Shown here piece by piece: positions 28,579 through 42,675 of a stretch of DNA of 64,000 nt. The DNA is from Nageia nagi (lineage: Eukaryota; Plantae; Pinophyta). Under the pieces are notes generated by a model. The model saw only the letters and a list, made by a program, of their open reading frames with translations. It searched no databases and had not been told where the DNA came from. The stretch covers positions 42,966,001 through 43,030,000 of the forward strand of contig JBITNC010000001.1 of NCBI GenBank assembly GCA_050084985.1, written 5' to 3'. How positions within the stretch are numbered: position 1 is the first letter of the stretch; each line of letters begins with the position of its first letter. Made by a program: the position numbers and the translations under genes.

Positions 28579-29222
28579 GAGAATTTTTCAATCCAAATGG
28601 TCTAATTAAGAACTCATAATGTCCCTCATGTGTTCTAAAATCTATTTTTAGAATATTCTCATCCTTAATTATAATAGGTGATATTATGATCATATTTGTA
28701 ACTTTGAAAAGAAACAAGATCTATGTAATCTATTCAATAACTCATTTATACTTAAAATTGGAAATGTATCCTTAACAATGATCTTATTGAGGGCTCAAAA
28801 GTATACACATAACCTCCAACTTACATTTGTTTTCTTACCAATAAAATAGGAGAAGATTATGGGCTCCCTCTTGGATGAACCATTACTATCTACAAAAATG
28901 GAGAATTTTTCAATCCAAATGGCATGACTAAGAACTCATAATATCCCTCATGTGTCCTAAAATCTATTTTTATAATATTCTCATCCTTAATTATAATACA
29001 GTGATATCATAATCATAAGTCTAACTTTGAAAAGAAACAAGCTTTATGTAATTTATCCAATAACTCATCTATAATTGGAATTAGAATTGTATCATTAATA
29101 ATAATCTTATTGATAAATCAAAATTCTACATATAGCCTCCAACTTATATATTTATTTTTTATCAATAAAATAAGAGAAGATTATAGGCTCACTCTTGGAT
29201 GAACCATGCTTGCCTACAAAAA
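28579..29222. repeat. ~322-bp tandem duplication within gypsy RT
   Basis: gagaatttttcaatccaaatgg...ctcttggatgaacc...ctacaaaaat occurs at ~28579-28898 and ~28900-29222. Confidence 0.9.
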
Positions 29223-29734
29223 TTCATGCACTAATTTTTCTATCATTTGTTTGTACATATGGATATTTGTATGGAATTATGTTTAGAGGGGCATTTCCTA
29301 GAATCAGTTGTATTTCATGTTCATATGTTCTTTTAGTTAGTATTCAAGAGGTATCTTCAAATATTTTAGAGAATTTATACAATAAGTCCCTCAATTTTGT
29401 ATGTGTTTCCTTGGTCTAATTGTGTTGAACTTCCATCGAATAAATTTTGGCCATCATCCCTCTAAATGTTTCTTTAAAAAAATTTCCATATTATGGAGAC
29501 TAATTATTTGAATATTTCTTGGATATATTTCTATTAAGTTGTACTAACTTTATTGGATAATTGCATAGAACATTTGGTAAAGTCCCAATCTATTGGTCCT
29601 AAGGTTCATAGGCATTGTACTCCTAACACTACATCATAACTATTAGAATTAATAATACATTTAGGTATCTAGAATAAATGACATAAGTATTATTAGTAAT
29701 GCTGAATAATAAAATATTAGGATTTACTAGTATT

Positions 29735-31570
29735 TTTCAAGTTCAATTGAAATGATTTTCTTTGTTTCCATAAGCTTATAAAGAGTGTTGCTTGAATTCA
29801 TTTTGCGCTCTTAACTAATCTGTCCTAAAAAGGATGGTTGAATTCAACCTATCCATGACTAAGGGATGATTTTTGTGAGACACATATGTGATGATATATA
29901 TTCACTTTTTGTGTTGCACTACCTAGAAGGATGGCATAGCCACTATATCTTCCATTTGTTTATTTTTATATTTAGATATTGAAGGTTGAAGACATAGAAA
30001 ATTATATTTTTCATCTCATACAACCTTCCCTAATACATAAGAAGATCTTTAATTTTTGTAAGAGAGTGCTTAGCACCCTTGTGAAGTTTTATGATCAAAG
30101 GAGTTTGATTCAAATCTACATATTTTATTCCTCTAATATCCATGTAGAACAAATTTGCACTTATTTTAAATATTGCCCATTTTAGAGTACAAACACAAGT
30201 GTGCCTAACATCTTCTCAAGATCATAAGAACTATCATTGATCATGTTGTTGAAGAAGAAGAATAGTTTGTGAAGGGAAATTATTTAGATATTTTCTAGCG
30301 TATTTGCATACAAATAGGCTTACACACCAAAAAAAATCAATGCATTTAACCTATAAAATGCATGCAAAGGAAGAGAGTATTCATGTGTGTGTTGTGCCTA
30401 AGAGAAGACTACAAACCTATTGCATCTTGGAGATGAATTTTATGAATAAAATGCCTTAAAAAATTTTACATATTACTTCAAAACCAATGAAACACCATTG
30501 AATAAATGTACAAGCTTAAGAATTTGTATGAATGTGTAGCCCTAATGGGGATTGACATAAGTTTGTTGTGTAAATGAAATGAGGTTTTTTTAGCAAATGA
30601 TTAAATATTTTTTACTATGTCTAAAGTGATGGGAAAATATTTACCCTAAGAAGCCCACCCAGCTTGTTCAACTCCAATTGCATGAAGGAAATAGAAAATA
30701 TTTTTTTTAGCACATGATTTATTTTAGCAAATATGTTGACTACTATTCCAAAAATATTTAAAGGTGTGAATTAGCTACATGAGAAGGTGTGAGAAAAAAT
30801 TATGTTCAAAGTAAAAATATATTATTGAAATAATTTACTATGGAATTATGTATTTCTAAAGAAAATAATTTAAACTTTTGCAATAAGAAGTTCAGCCTAC
30901 CAATAAACCCTTCAACTATAGTTTCTTGAAGTTGTATTGAAGGTAGTGAAGAATGTGAACACAAACCATCTACCAAAATAAAAGGCCATTCAAAGTTTTT
31001 ACTAATGATATAATAAAAAAATTTATAATTTTTTTAAAAATAAAGGAAACATAATATCAAATAAAATAAATTGATACAAAGGTTTAGGCTCATTGTTTAT
31101 TGGTGAAACATCAAGTTTAAATATAAGAGGTTATAAGTTCAATTATTCATGAAAAATTTAGAAAATTAATGTGTTTAAATTATTTTTATCATGTATTTAA
31201 AATTTTTAATGTTATTTTTTTAAAGATAAATAACATTTAATCTTTTTAAAATATAATAATACCTTTGAATAAAAATACCTTGAAGATAATTTTTAAGCTA
31301 AAATTTTTAATAATACCAAAGGTGTTTTTTTTCTTGAAGTAAAATTTGAAGATTACTGGTTTCCACTCAAACCAAAATAATTTCAAATTTGAAGTGAATA
31401 GCAAAAATTTGCAAGATAAATATGGTCATTCTTGACCCTAAACGTTTACTCCCAAATTCCCAACTTTTGAAAGGTGAAAACTCTGTTGCCAAAAAGACAA
31501 ATATTCAAACAATTTTAGAGTTTGAAGACTTATGGAAAATTATAACTAGCACATAATAGCATCTATAGGT
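29735..31570 (-). mobile_element. Foreign segment replacing copia B LTR end, PBS and gag start; possibly a DUF659-type hAT relic
   Basis: LTR homology stops at ~29733. Weak minus-strand motifs ILVDG (SDGW-like), HI...SCA and LQKL.I. Confidence 0.35.
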
Positions 31571-34132
31571 TTTTGGTAAATACCAAATTAAATTTTATCA
31601 ATGTAATAAAAATACATGTATGATAATCTTAATTGGAATCTCAAGTTATGTTCAACAATATGTTTATGACTCCAAATATGTTGTCGATGCCTAGAAAAAG
31701 ATGCGACAAGTGTTTGCATCAAAAAATCAAAATCAGATTCTACATTTACAAGGATAGTTACCCACTTTGAAACTAAAAGGTGGTGAAAAACTTGAGTCCT
31801 TCCTTTGCAAAGTTATGAAATTTCATGCCTCCCTATAAGCACTAGGAGAGATAGTGGAAGATAAGCTCCTTGTACCCATTATCTTAAGAGCACTCCCAAA
31901 AGCATATCATACCTTTGTGAAATCATTAAACATCTTGAACTAAACACCTAACTTTAAATAATTTTTAAATATGTTGCAATAAGAAGAAGGCTTCCATGAT
32001 AATTCAAATCAAAAAGATAATGCCATAATTTCCAATTAAATAAGTAAGAAACCTTTCTAACATAAGGGTAAAGGCAATAATTTCTCATAGTTTAATGGAA
32101 TATAAAAAATAAGTTATTTAATTTATGGAAGGAAAGGGCATGAATTATAGGATTATTGGTATAATTATTTTTCTCAAGGATCTTCAAGTAAAAAGAATCA
32201 AAAATGGAAAGGACCACCTTCTAAGAACCAGGGGAAGTGGATAAATATAATACCACCTTCATGAATACAACAACAAGGGAATATTGCTAACAAGGTTGAA
32301 GAATAGGAGAACCCTAAACATAAAGTATCTTTCTCATCAAGATAAATGATCTATAATCACTATTTAGTATGTTCATTATGGTGCTTTGAAGTACATGAGT
32401 AGTCAAAAGGATTATTTTATTCCCTTGGATGAAAGAACTTATCCTAATCAATTTCATTTTGGAAATGACACACCCTATGATATTGATGAAAAAGGAGATG
32501 TGCAAGTCCCTCTTGGAAATAAAAACTATCAAATATAGGAGGTATTTTATGTGCTAAGTCTCACAAAGAATCTCTTATCTATCAATTATATGTTAAATAA
32601 CAACTTGAATATGGAGTTTGATATTGTGAATGGGAAGAAATGTTATTTCATTTCACAAAAATACAAATATTCTTGAATTATGGTTAAAACTTTGGAAGTT
32701 TAGAATATGTTCTTACTTGATGTTATAACTTCTAATAATCAAGCACTTATTATTCATGTTGTAGATGTCTCTGATCTTTAGCATTGATGGTATGGATATA
32801 TGAATCACCTGTTCACTTTGCAAAAGAGGAATATGATACGTGACCTTAAATCTCTTACTTCTCTTATTAAATTTATTCTACTTGTATAGTAGGGAAATAA
32901 TAGATAATTTCATTTGAGACTAGTGCACATCATGTTATAGAAGCTCTTGATATGATTTATTTTGATCTATGTGAACCCACAAAGGATAGCCACATTAGTC
33001 TTAGATATTTCATATTATTTTTTTTATAATTATTCCAAAAATATGTGGGTGTATTACTTGAAGATAAAGGATGAAACCTTTTAGTATTTCAAGGATTTTA
33101 AAGCTCATATAAGGAATGCTACTAGTCATCATATGCATGTACTTCACTCATATTGAGGGGGACAATAGAAATCAAATTATTTTTTGAGATTTTTTAAATA
33201 GAATGGGATTAGGAAATAGTTGACCATACCATATCAAAATGGAGTTGTTGAACAGTGAAATCAAACCATAGTGAAAATGGTGAGAAGTATGTTAATATAT
33301 GCAAAGTTGAATAAAGCATTTTGGGTTGAAATAATAAGGAATCCAATATATTTATTGAATATAAAACCTACAAAATATCTTGAGAGGGTGACTCCTTAAG
33401 ATGCATGGTTGAGAATGAAACCATATATCTCTCATCTTTAATTATTTGATTGCATTGCCTACATACATATTTCCAAAGAGCAATGGATGAAGTTGCAATA
33501 TAAGTCTATGAGGTTCATTATTCTCAAGTATAGAAATGAATCCAAAGGCTACAAACTCATGGATTCTACTACTCAAAATACATATGTATGTAAATATGTT
33601 ATCTTTTATAAGAGTGGTGATCCTCCAACCAGTCCACCTACATCACCACCTAATACTATCAATGATCCTATAATTATCTCTAATGATGAGGATAATGAGA
33701 GAGAAGAAGTTTCAATTATGAGATTACCACTTGAGCCACCTAATAACTCTAGATGATCTACATGGTATAAGAAAATATTTTAAGATTCACGTCTATGTAC
33801 TCTACTTGATACTTCTACATCTAGATCAAGGACACACAACATGGCTCATGAAAGGACATACATCATGTCTTGTAAGAAAGTGAATTTAGAATTAATAAGC
33901 ATAGTGGTAAATACTCCTAAACCTAATTTGGTTTATAAGGCTATTGAGCTACCACATTAGAAATCATCCATTGATGTTAAGTATAATTCTTTGATGAAGA
34001 ATAGAACATGGAATATTATATATCTTCTCCCTAGTAAAAAACAAATTGGATGAAAATGGGTGTTCAAAATAAAGTACAAAGTTGATGAAAAACTTAATAA
34101 GCACAAGGCCAAACTAGCTTCTAGGGGATATT
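31570..34132 (+). pseudogene. Copia B gag-PR-INT-RT(N-terminal part)
   Basis: KNQNQILHLQ..TLKLKGGEKLESFL, ILRALPKAY, protease relic ~32375, LTKNLLSI, QNGVVE, SKGYKL, WVFKIKYK..KHKAKLASRG. Confidence 0.88.
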
Positions 34133-34823
34133 TGTAGACCCTAAATTATGTAAATAGTAATATAAACACAAATAAGTCTACTAAATATGACAATTATTCA
34201 AATACAATTATTAATAAATGAAAAGTGTGCACCTAATATGCTAGGTAATCCTCAAGGTATGATCAAGGTACATGGGGGATTGGATTAGATTAGATATAAG
34301 TTCATGAGTGATATTCAATTTTCTAGATGAGTGTTATTTACCTATCTTATCTTTATCTCTAGATCATAAAGAAGCATGCAACATGGATGATGTATAAGTA
34401 CTATGGTGTCAATGCCTTGAAATCTATAGAATTATATCATGTGTAAAATATATCAAGTAATAAAATCTCAAAGCATAACATATCCTCAAATAGGTGGCAT
34501 CAACAGACATCGAAAGTGTAATCTATAGGAAAACCACCTATCATAGAGATATGATAGGAATATCAACCTCCAACTCCTCCTTTTATAACCTGCAAGGACA
34601 TAGGAAGGAGTGAAAGAAGACTTATAGAAATAATATAATCTTTGTAATATTCAAGATACTTTAAAATATGAACCATGATAAATGATATTGCATTTAATCT
34701 AACACATGGTATTTCATTGTAATATCAACTTTATCTTGATATTTATAATATTTATTTTAATCCTTAGAGAATTCTAAAATATGATTTATTAAATAAATAA
34801 TAAATCATTTTTAGGTATCTACA
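34133..34823 (-). repeat. 3' LTR of the Tat-like element
   Basis: TG...CA with 6-bp terminal inverted repeat; homologous to 47463-48030; adjacent PPT. Confidence 0.92.
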
Positions 34824-35658
34824 TTTTTCCCTCTTTAAATGTGAAATGAAAAGCATTGAAATTCCATAATCCAAATAAGTTTAGATAAGTGAAAAAAAAT
34901 TAAGGTTAAAGTGCACTTCCCTTTCATGATTGTTATGTTGAGTATGATATCTCATTTTCCCCCTTTTGGTCTTGGATTTCCCATCACACTAGCTTATATG
35001 AGGTGATCAAGCCAAAATAACATCTTGTATGTGGAGGATTGATGATACCTTTTAGGTCTTACACTTTAGGATGATTTTTGAAAACAAAATAAATAATACC
35101 CACATAGATAACATCCATTGAAATAATATTCAAAGTAAGAGAAAATATGAAAATAATATAATATATTTTATTATACTACTATTGTTGCAACTCATAGTCT
35201 ATTAACATCAAGTTGATGATGTAAAGATATACCCCAATCTTGTAATAGATTTTGGGATTAGATGACCTACAATTTTTGAAAGATTATACTCATGGGGTTA
35301 CCATGGCCTAGAATCTCATATTTTGTTAGTAGAACATGCATTGCTTTTGAAAACTAATCATGAGAGATATTAATATCATGTTTACACTTGTTACTAGATA
35401 TTCTAATAAATAATGGCCTAAGATTATCAGATATGAAAAATTTTGTAATTGAATATTACAGCATGAATACCTTGTAGATTGTTTTAATGTGTCATCGGTG
35501 TCATGATTTTCATTGAATTAGCAAAACCTATCTTAAACATATATTCTTAGCATGTTTTTTAGAATCCATATTTGTGAAATAATGGCATTTTGGAACATAT
35601 TTTCAACAAGATAATCATCATGCACTTTTAACTTGTAATAATAGCCAAAATTAGGATA

Positions 35659-35745
35659 TCGATGCTTAAGAAGGGAGTTGATGATCAGGAAGGTAGTCGA
35701 TGCTCAAGAAGGGTGTTGACAATCAAGAAGGGCATCAATGCTCTA
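35659..35745. repeat. ~19-20 bp minisatellite (gatgctcaagaaggg...)
   Basis: 4-5 degenerate copies. Confidence 0.7.
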
Positions 35746-38598
35746 AAAATCACTAAATTAATCTTTTTTAAAGAAACAAGAGAGATGTAACACATTTCAT
35801 TACACATATAAACTATAAAATCCAATGTTGCATGTATCCATTTTGAGATTTTAATGCCAAAAGTATAGTTTAGGGTTCTTAGAATGAAATAATAAAAATG
35901 GGAAAAGATAAAAAAATGTTTTCATTATAACTTATCATCTTACTTACTTAGATCTCTACGGATTCTTACATTCTTACTAACTAGGTGATTCCATTTGTCC
36001 ATTAGCACTTCTGAGCTCATTTCCATCATAAAGTTGGGTCCATTCTTACTTGTTTGATCATTAAATTTTCTCCTCATTGTGGTGACATGGAGGAGGTTGA
36101 TTGGAGAACAATATAGCATCCTTTAGTGAGGATAAAGGGATGTATGTCCAAGCACTTGAGGATTATCCCCATGGATCATTTTGTGAGTTCATTTCTTCAT
36201 TTTTCTTTTCATTGTAATTTTTTTCTTATTGCCCCTATTTTCAAAACCCCTAGGATTTTGATTTTTTGCTTAACATATATAAAAGAAGGAGGGGTTTTGT
36301 ATTTTTGCATTGAGTTTAATGTTATTACCAATTGAAGAGTTTGTTAATTTTTATTTTTATTAAAATTTTCCCTAATTTGGATTATCATTTTGTGAATTGA
36401 GTTTAGGAATTCATATTTTTGTTTTAATTAGGGGGGAGGGGTTTTAACTTTTATTGTGTTAATTTGTGATATAATATGATTATGCCCCTAGTGCTTGATT
36501 TAGCATGTATAATTACTTTATTTAATATTTTTTAATGTTCATAATTATCAATGATTTTTATGTGTTTATGATGTTCAATACTGAAAATACCTTGTATGAG
36601 GGGGTCCTATGAAATTAGAGGCCTTAAATAGGGCACATGGTTGGATTCATTATAACAATCATAATGACATACTAGAGGTGATAGGTTTGTATGATTTTGT
36701 CATTATAGGTGAAATACATATTTATTTTCATCTTTAGACATCAATAATTTAGTGTAAGGATGCAAATTCTAACACTTTACAATTGCCTCCAAGAGAGAAG
36801 ATAGTTACACTCCTAGACATGTATAGGATTTCGTATGATCCTATTCATGGGAGATTAGTGTCACATGCCACTATTATTTATTAGTTGGAGAGGGACACAC
36901 TATCTTCTTGGCTCATAGGTAATGCTAACCATGACTAGGAGCATAGGCTAGCATACCTACATACAGTATGTAAGTATGATCTCAAGGTGAAGAGCCTATG
37001 GTTACTAGTAGCTTCTATTGTTATGATGTTCTTTTATCCAAATAAGAATAATTCCATCTTTTTTTGGCATTGGTTTGGATAGTTAGGGATAAATGTTCTA
37101 GGGGGATAATGTATGCATGGGGATAATGCATAATAGCATAACTCTACAAGGATTTACACCATATTATCACACTGGTTAAATCTAATGAGACCATAACCCA
37201 TGCATCTGTGCTTTAGGTGTGTGCATACAAGAATATTGCAGTGTTCAAATCAATGGAATTTACTAGGTAGAGGAATAACTTGACATACCCTATCATGGAC
37301 TAGTGGGTATATATATTAGGTTACTTCAAATATTTGTATGATATTGAGGTACAATAGAGAGATATTTATGGTTTATAGGATGAGGATATTATTTGGGTTG
37401 CATACTAGGATTGTGCTTGGTATGAGGATACTCATCAAGTTTCCTAGGTGAGGCAACACTAAGTAGAGTGAAATGGAGCTATATTACCTTGGTCATGTTC
37501 TACAAAAGTTCAAGCTCATATAGGATATTTTGATTGGTATGAGATACTATATGATACAGAGGCATGAGAGAGATTCTCCTAATGAAGTACTATTAATACT
37601 AGTATGGTGTAACACATGGGAGGAGCCATGAGAGATAGATGTTGCAGTAGTTGTATCATTTGCTCTTAGTACCTTCCAAGAATATGAGGCATGGTTTTAA
37701 GGTATTATACCTACCTCTTTAGGCATAATTCTCTTAGATGAGGAGGATAGGGTATAGGTTTCATCATATGAGTCATCCAATATAGATGATGGGCATGTGG
37801 AGATACCCCAGGATGAGCTACTTTTGAAGATGCCCCTAGTAGAACCATCAACTTCTAAAGCTCCTGTACTAGGCATCTAATTATTTTTTGATACCATTCC
37901 TTTAGTTCCTTTAGGTATACATTAAATTTTGTTTGTTCAATTTTTAATTTATTGTTTAATTTTTTATGAACTAACATCATTTTATGGCTCTTTACAAATG
38001 ATATGGCAACGAGGATTGCTAGTTTGGAAGAGGACCTTGCTATCCTTTAGTCAATTAAGGTTGAATTAGATAGTTTGAGATCGCTAAAAGCAAAGGTGGT
38101 GAGATTTATACCTATGGAGGTATATTTACTTCTCTTAGGAGTGGTTTGGGTGAACTACATGCTACTTTGGTGGAGTGGGATGCATGTGATGGAATTCAAA
38201 GATAACAATATATCAAAGGACATAGCAATAAGCAATCTAAAAAATTAACACACAAGAAATATAGTGATTCCTCTCTAAGAGAGTACATCCACTTGAATTT
38301 AAGTATATTACTTCTTGATATAACCTCTCTGTTACAAACTTTTTATCCTTATATCTCTAAACTAATAGCATAACAATGCTCCTACAAGTTTGTATTTTAC
38401 AACAAGCCTAATATTCTTTTTATAGGTTCAAATCCTACTTTCTTACACCCTTTTACATGAAGGGTAATACCATCATCCATAGGATATCCATATCCTTACA
38501 TTAGGTGAGAATGATTGTTGGAAATATTTTTACTCATATCTATTACATATGTATATATTTCTTACAACTCATAAGCCATAAATTCCATCTAATCGATC

Positions 38599-38935
38599 CA
38601 TAGGCCACAAGTGCTAACTTGACTATACCACCTAGTCAAGATTTATGAGCCATAGGCCACACATACCAACTTGACTATACCACCTAGTCAAGATTTATGA
38701 TTCATAAGCCAACTTGACTATACCACCTAGTCAAGATTTATGAGTCATATGTCTAGTCACATTTTATGATTCATAGGCCACAAATACCAACTTTGTTGTA
38801 CCACCTAATCAATATTTATGAGTCATAGGCCACAAATATCAACTTGACTATACCACCTAGTCAATATTTATGATAAATAGGCCACAAATATCACTTTTTC
38901 AATATGCACAAGCCATAAGATGCCAACTTGACTAA
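38599..38935. repeat. 52-bp tandem array with internal hairpin
   Basis: cataggccac...cttgacta-taccacc-tagtcaag-atttatga, about 6 copies. Confidence 0.92.
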
Positions 38936-39054
38936 CATGATTCAATTTATATAAATCAATAAATATACTTCTCAACAATATCAATTCATAATAGATAAGC
39001 TTCCCAAAAAAATGGAAGTAATATGACATAAGTTAAAAATTATAATTTTGTAAA

Positions 39055-39395
39055 ATGGAAAACCTTATTAACCACTCCAACAATTTACAATCATGGAGAA
39101 GGATGAACCTTTTTAACCACTCCATCAATTTGTAATCATAGAGAAGGGTGAACCTTTTTAACCACTCCATTAATTTACAACTTTGAATAAGAGTGAACCT
39201 TTATAACCACTCCAATAGTTTGATATTTTGGATAAGAATAAAACTTTTTAATCACTCCAATAATTTGCATTTTTATAGAAGAGAGAACTTTTTTAACCAT
39301 TCTATTAATTTGTAGTCATGGAGAAGGGTGAACCTTTTTAACCACTCTATTAATTTGTAGTCATGGAGAAGGGTGAATCTTTTTAACCACTCCAT
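39055..39395. repeat. 45-bp tandem array, about 8 copies
   Basis: aacct-like anchors at 39061, 39106, 39151, 39196, 39241, 39286, 39331 and 39376. Confidence 0.92.
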
Positions 39396-39984
39396 CTACA
39401 ACAACTCACTAACAATCCATCAACATGGATGGAAGTAATTATTGCACTATAAGTCATCATAGAGATGCCAATCCAATACTTATAATCACTTGTTGTATCT
39501 ACAATACATCCCTTCTAAGGATAAAGTAATCATGATAAGAATTCATACTTAAATCCTTCTTGAGGATAACTTTACCAACCCAAACAATTAAGGTTCACAT
39601 TAGAAAATCAAAAGGTTTGTAAAAAAATCAATGAAGTTTTATTTTGATGGATAATAAATAGAAAGTACCATCTAAAATTTATTTCTTGATAAAATATGTT
39701 TGTATTTTTAAAAATGTGCTTTGTTCTAAAGTTCATAATACTCCCTCTTAAGAGTAACTTCATAAATTGAAGGAATGTACACTTCCCAAAGGATACTCAT
39801 ACACTTTATTTTCAAATAAAAATCAATCAATGTAACAAGGTTGTTTAATCAAACAATACTTCTCCCATACATTAATGGTGTTTGAGAAAGAAGACATTCA
39901 CACTAATAAAAACCAAAAAGAATTCATTATCACAATAATCAATGGTGATATATGATCAAATAGTATCCTTAATGAATTGAATGT

Positions 39985-40660
39985 GTACTAACTTTCCATT
40001 CCAACAAGGATATCAACTAATGTGTACAAACTAAAAATAGAGGATTGATTTTCTATCCAAGTAATCAAAAACATGCACAACCACTTAAATTTGGACAAAG
40101 TTCACAAACTTTTTACTCCAATAATAATATCAACCAATGTGCATAAAATAAAAATTTTAGGATCAATTTTCTATCCAATCAATCAAAAATATGCACAACC
40201 ATTTAAATTTTGAGAAAGTTCACAAACTTTCCACTCCAATAATAATATCAACCAATGTGCACAAACGAAAAAATTTAGAATCAATTTTCTATCCAATCAA
40301 TCAAAAATGTGTACAACCATTCAAATTTGGATAAATTTTACAAACTTTTCACCCCAATAAACCAATGTACACAAACCAAAAGTTTAGGATCAATGTGCAC
40401 CACCATTCAAGTTTGGAGAAAGTTTACAAACTTTCTACTCCAACAAGAATATCAACCAATGTGCACAAACTAAAAATTTAGGATCAATGTGCACCACCAT
40501 TCAAGTTTGGAGAAAGTTTACAAACTTTTCATTTTAACAAGAATGTGTCCACAAAAAATTTCCATCCAATTTAGGATAGAAAAATGTGCACATTTAATGA
40601 AATGAGGATAGTAAAGTTTGAAGAAAGTTTACATAAACGTTTTACTCAAATGATGTGCAT
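39985..40660. repeat. ~80-120 bp tandem array, about 6 units
   Basis: Recurring caaccaatgtgcacaaac, tttaggatcaat and gaaagtttacaaactttc. Confidence 0.88.
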
Positions 40661-42640
40661 AAAAAAATATTTTGGAATTTAAAAACACTTTCATGATATC
40701 TAATAATATAAATGTATATATATACACAATTTAAAGATATAAACAAATAGTCCAATGCACATCTATAATAATCTTTTATAAATATAGATCAATGCACCAT
40801 AATGCAACCGATAAGGATAGTACAACACAATATGCACATCCAGGCACAATATATTGTTCATCCAACTAAGGATATTAGCAAAGTCCATAATCATAGAGTT
40901 TGAACAATTTCAAATAATAATTTTATTTTCATCACAATTGCAACACAATGCAACTCCCCTTTTTAGATAACACAAATTTAGTTTATGACATCATAAAAAA
41001 TTGTATTGAATTTTTACCATTTCGTAAAATATTAATCTTAAACTTTTGAATTTTGTAAAAAAAATTGTTTTCTATTGAAATATTTCAACATAATTGCAAA
41101 ATAAATGTTTGCCTTCAAAAAAAATATCAATTTATTAAACAATTGATTCAAACATATCCACTATTACATAATAATTACACTTTGAAAATTTGCAATATTT
41201 GCCACAAATTATCATAAGATTATGAACATAATCTATGAATTAATCAAAAGCATACAAAATTTCAAATTGCCATAGTAATTTACCCAAAGTTTTGCATTGA
41301 TCAAAGAATTATTTGATAAAATAGGTTCACATGTGAAAAATTTTATCATTTTGCCAAAATAAAGGTTTGTAAAAAATTTTGACAGGCATCTGATTAAAGA
41401 TTAAGGTATTTGCAACCTTAAGAATTTATGAATTTCACTATAATGCTTTGTATTTAAATATTTATCTTTCTTAAATATTTAAATTATCAAAATATAATTG
41501 AGTGGTTTCAAATCTACCACCACTAATATTTTTACATGTCAAATAATTAATTAAAAATATAGAGTTTTACAAAGTAATTTTTAAACTATGTTAAAAAAAT
41601 TATAAACTTCAAAAATAGTAGGAATTATGCACCATACCTTATAAATGTGCATTATCCATATGCATCATACCTCATAAATAAGATGAGGTGAGCATTTATT
41701 TATGACATGCCCATAAGCACCAACCTTTATATCACAATATTTATTTGCATAAATAAATTTGCCTAACATGTTTTCTATTTTGTGCAATTATACCATCCAT
41801 CAACTCAAATACAATACTTGTGAAGAATTTGCTCCAATAAAAGCATGAATAATAAAATCCTCCAAAAAATGACTTGCACTTTCAAGCTCATTAATACCAT
41901 TATCCACTCCATTACTATGTGGGTTTTAACCATTTTATGAATAAAACACATTTTAATGCATAAATATTTAATAGGTTAGGATGGGATCAACTAATGTCCA
42001 TACTCATTAAAAATATCTAATTGACCCACTACCTTTAATGACCAATAAATTAATTAAATGGGAAAAATCAAAAATCAAGTCCTTAAGTATTTATAGAAGC
42101 AAAAATGAACATTACTTGTTTCAATTACTCATCACATGAGCATTGACAAAGCAAATCTAAATTATGTTGAGTTAAGCAAGAAGGTTTTTTTTCCTATGTG
42201 TACCATGTTTGTATTTTTTTTTGTTATTTTGAATGGGGATTTCACCCCTTCAAGAGTGGCATAGTCCTCGTTGAGCAGCTTGTGCTTGCCTTGGAGTGGG
42301 TGGTCCCCTATGGGAGTCCTTTCCCTCCATTGGGATTACATGACCCCCATTCGATAATGCACACCACTACATGGGTGGCGACCTACCTTTGGGATGCTTA
42401 TGCATCCCTTTGGGGTAGCACAACCCCCATTGGCAACATATACCCTTTTGTGGTGGTATTTAGTCTTTAGGTGGCTCATACACCCCTTTAGGGTAGCGGG
42501 CCCATATTGGTAGCACACATCCTTTTGGGGTGGCAATCAAATTTTGGGTGGCTCACATGCCCCTTTAGATAGCAACCCCCATTTCTAGTACGCATCTCTT
42601 TGGGATGGTGGCCATCCTTTGGATGGCTTGCACCCCCCTT

Positions 42641-42673
<33 letters not shown>

Positions 42674-42675
42674 GT
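42641..42675. repeat. (TA)n/(TATG)n microsatellite next to GC-rich degenerate repeats (42230-42640)
   Basis: Direct reading of the sequence. Confidence 0.9.
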
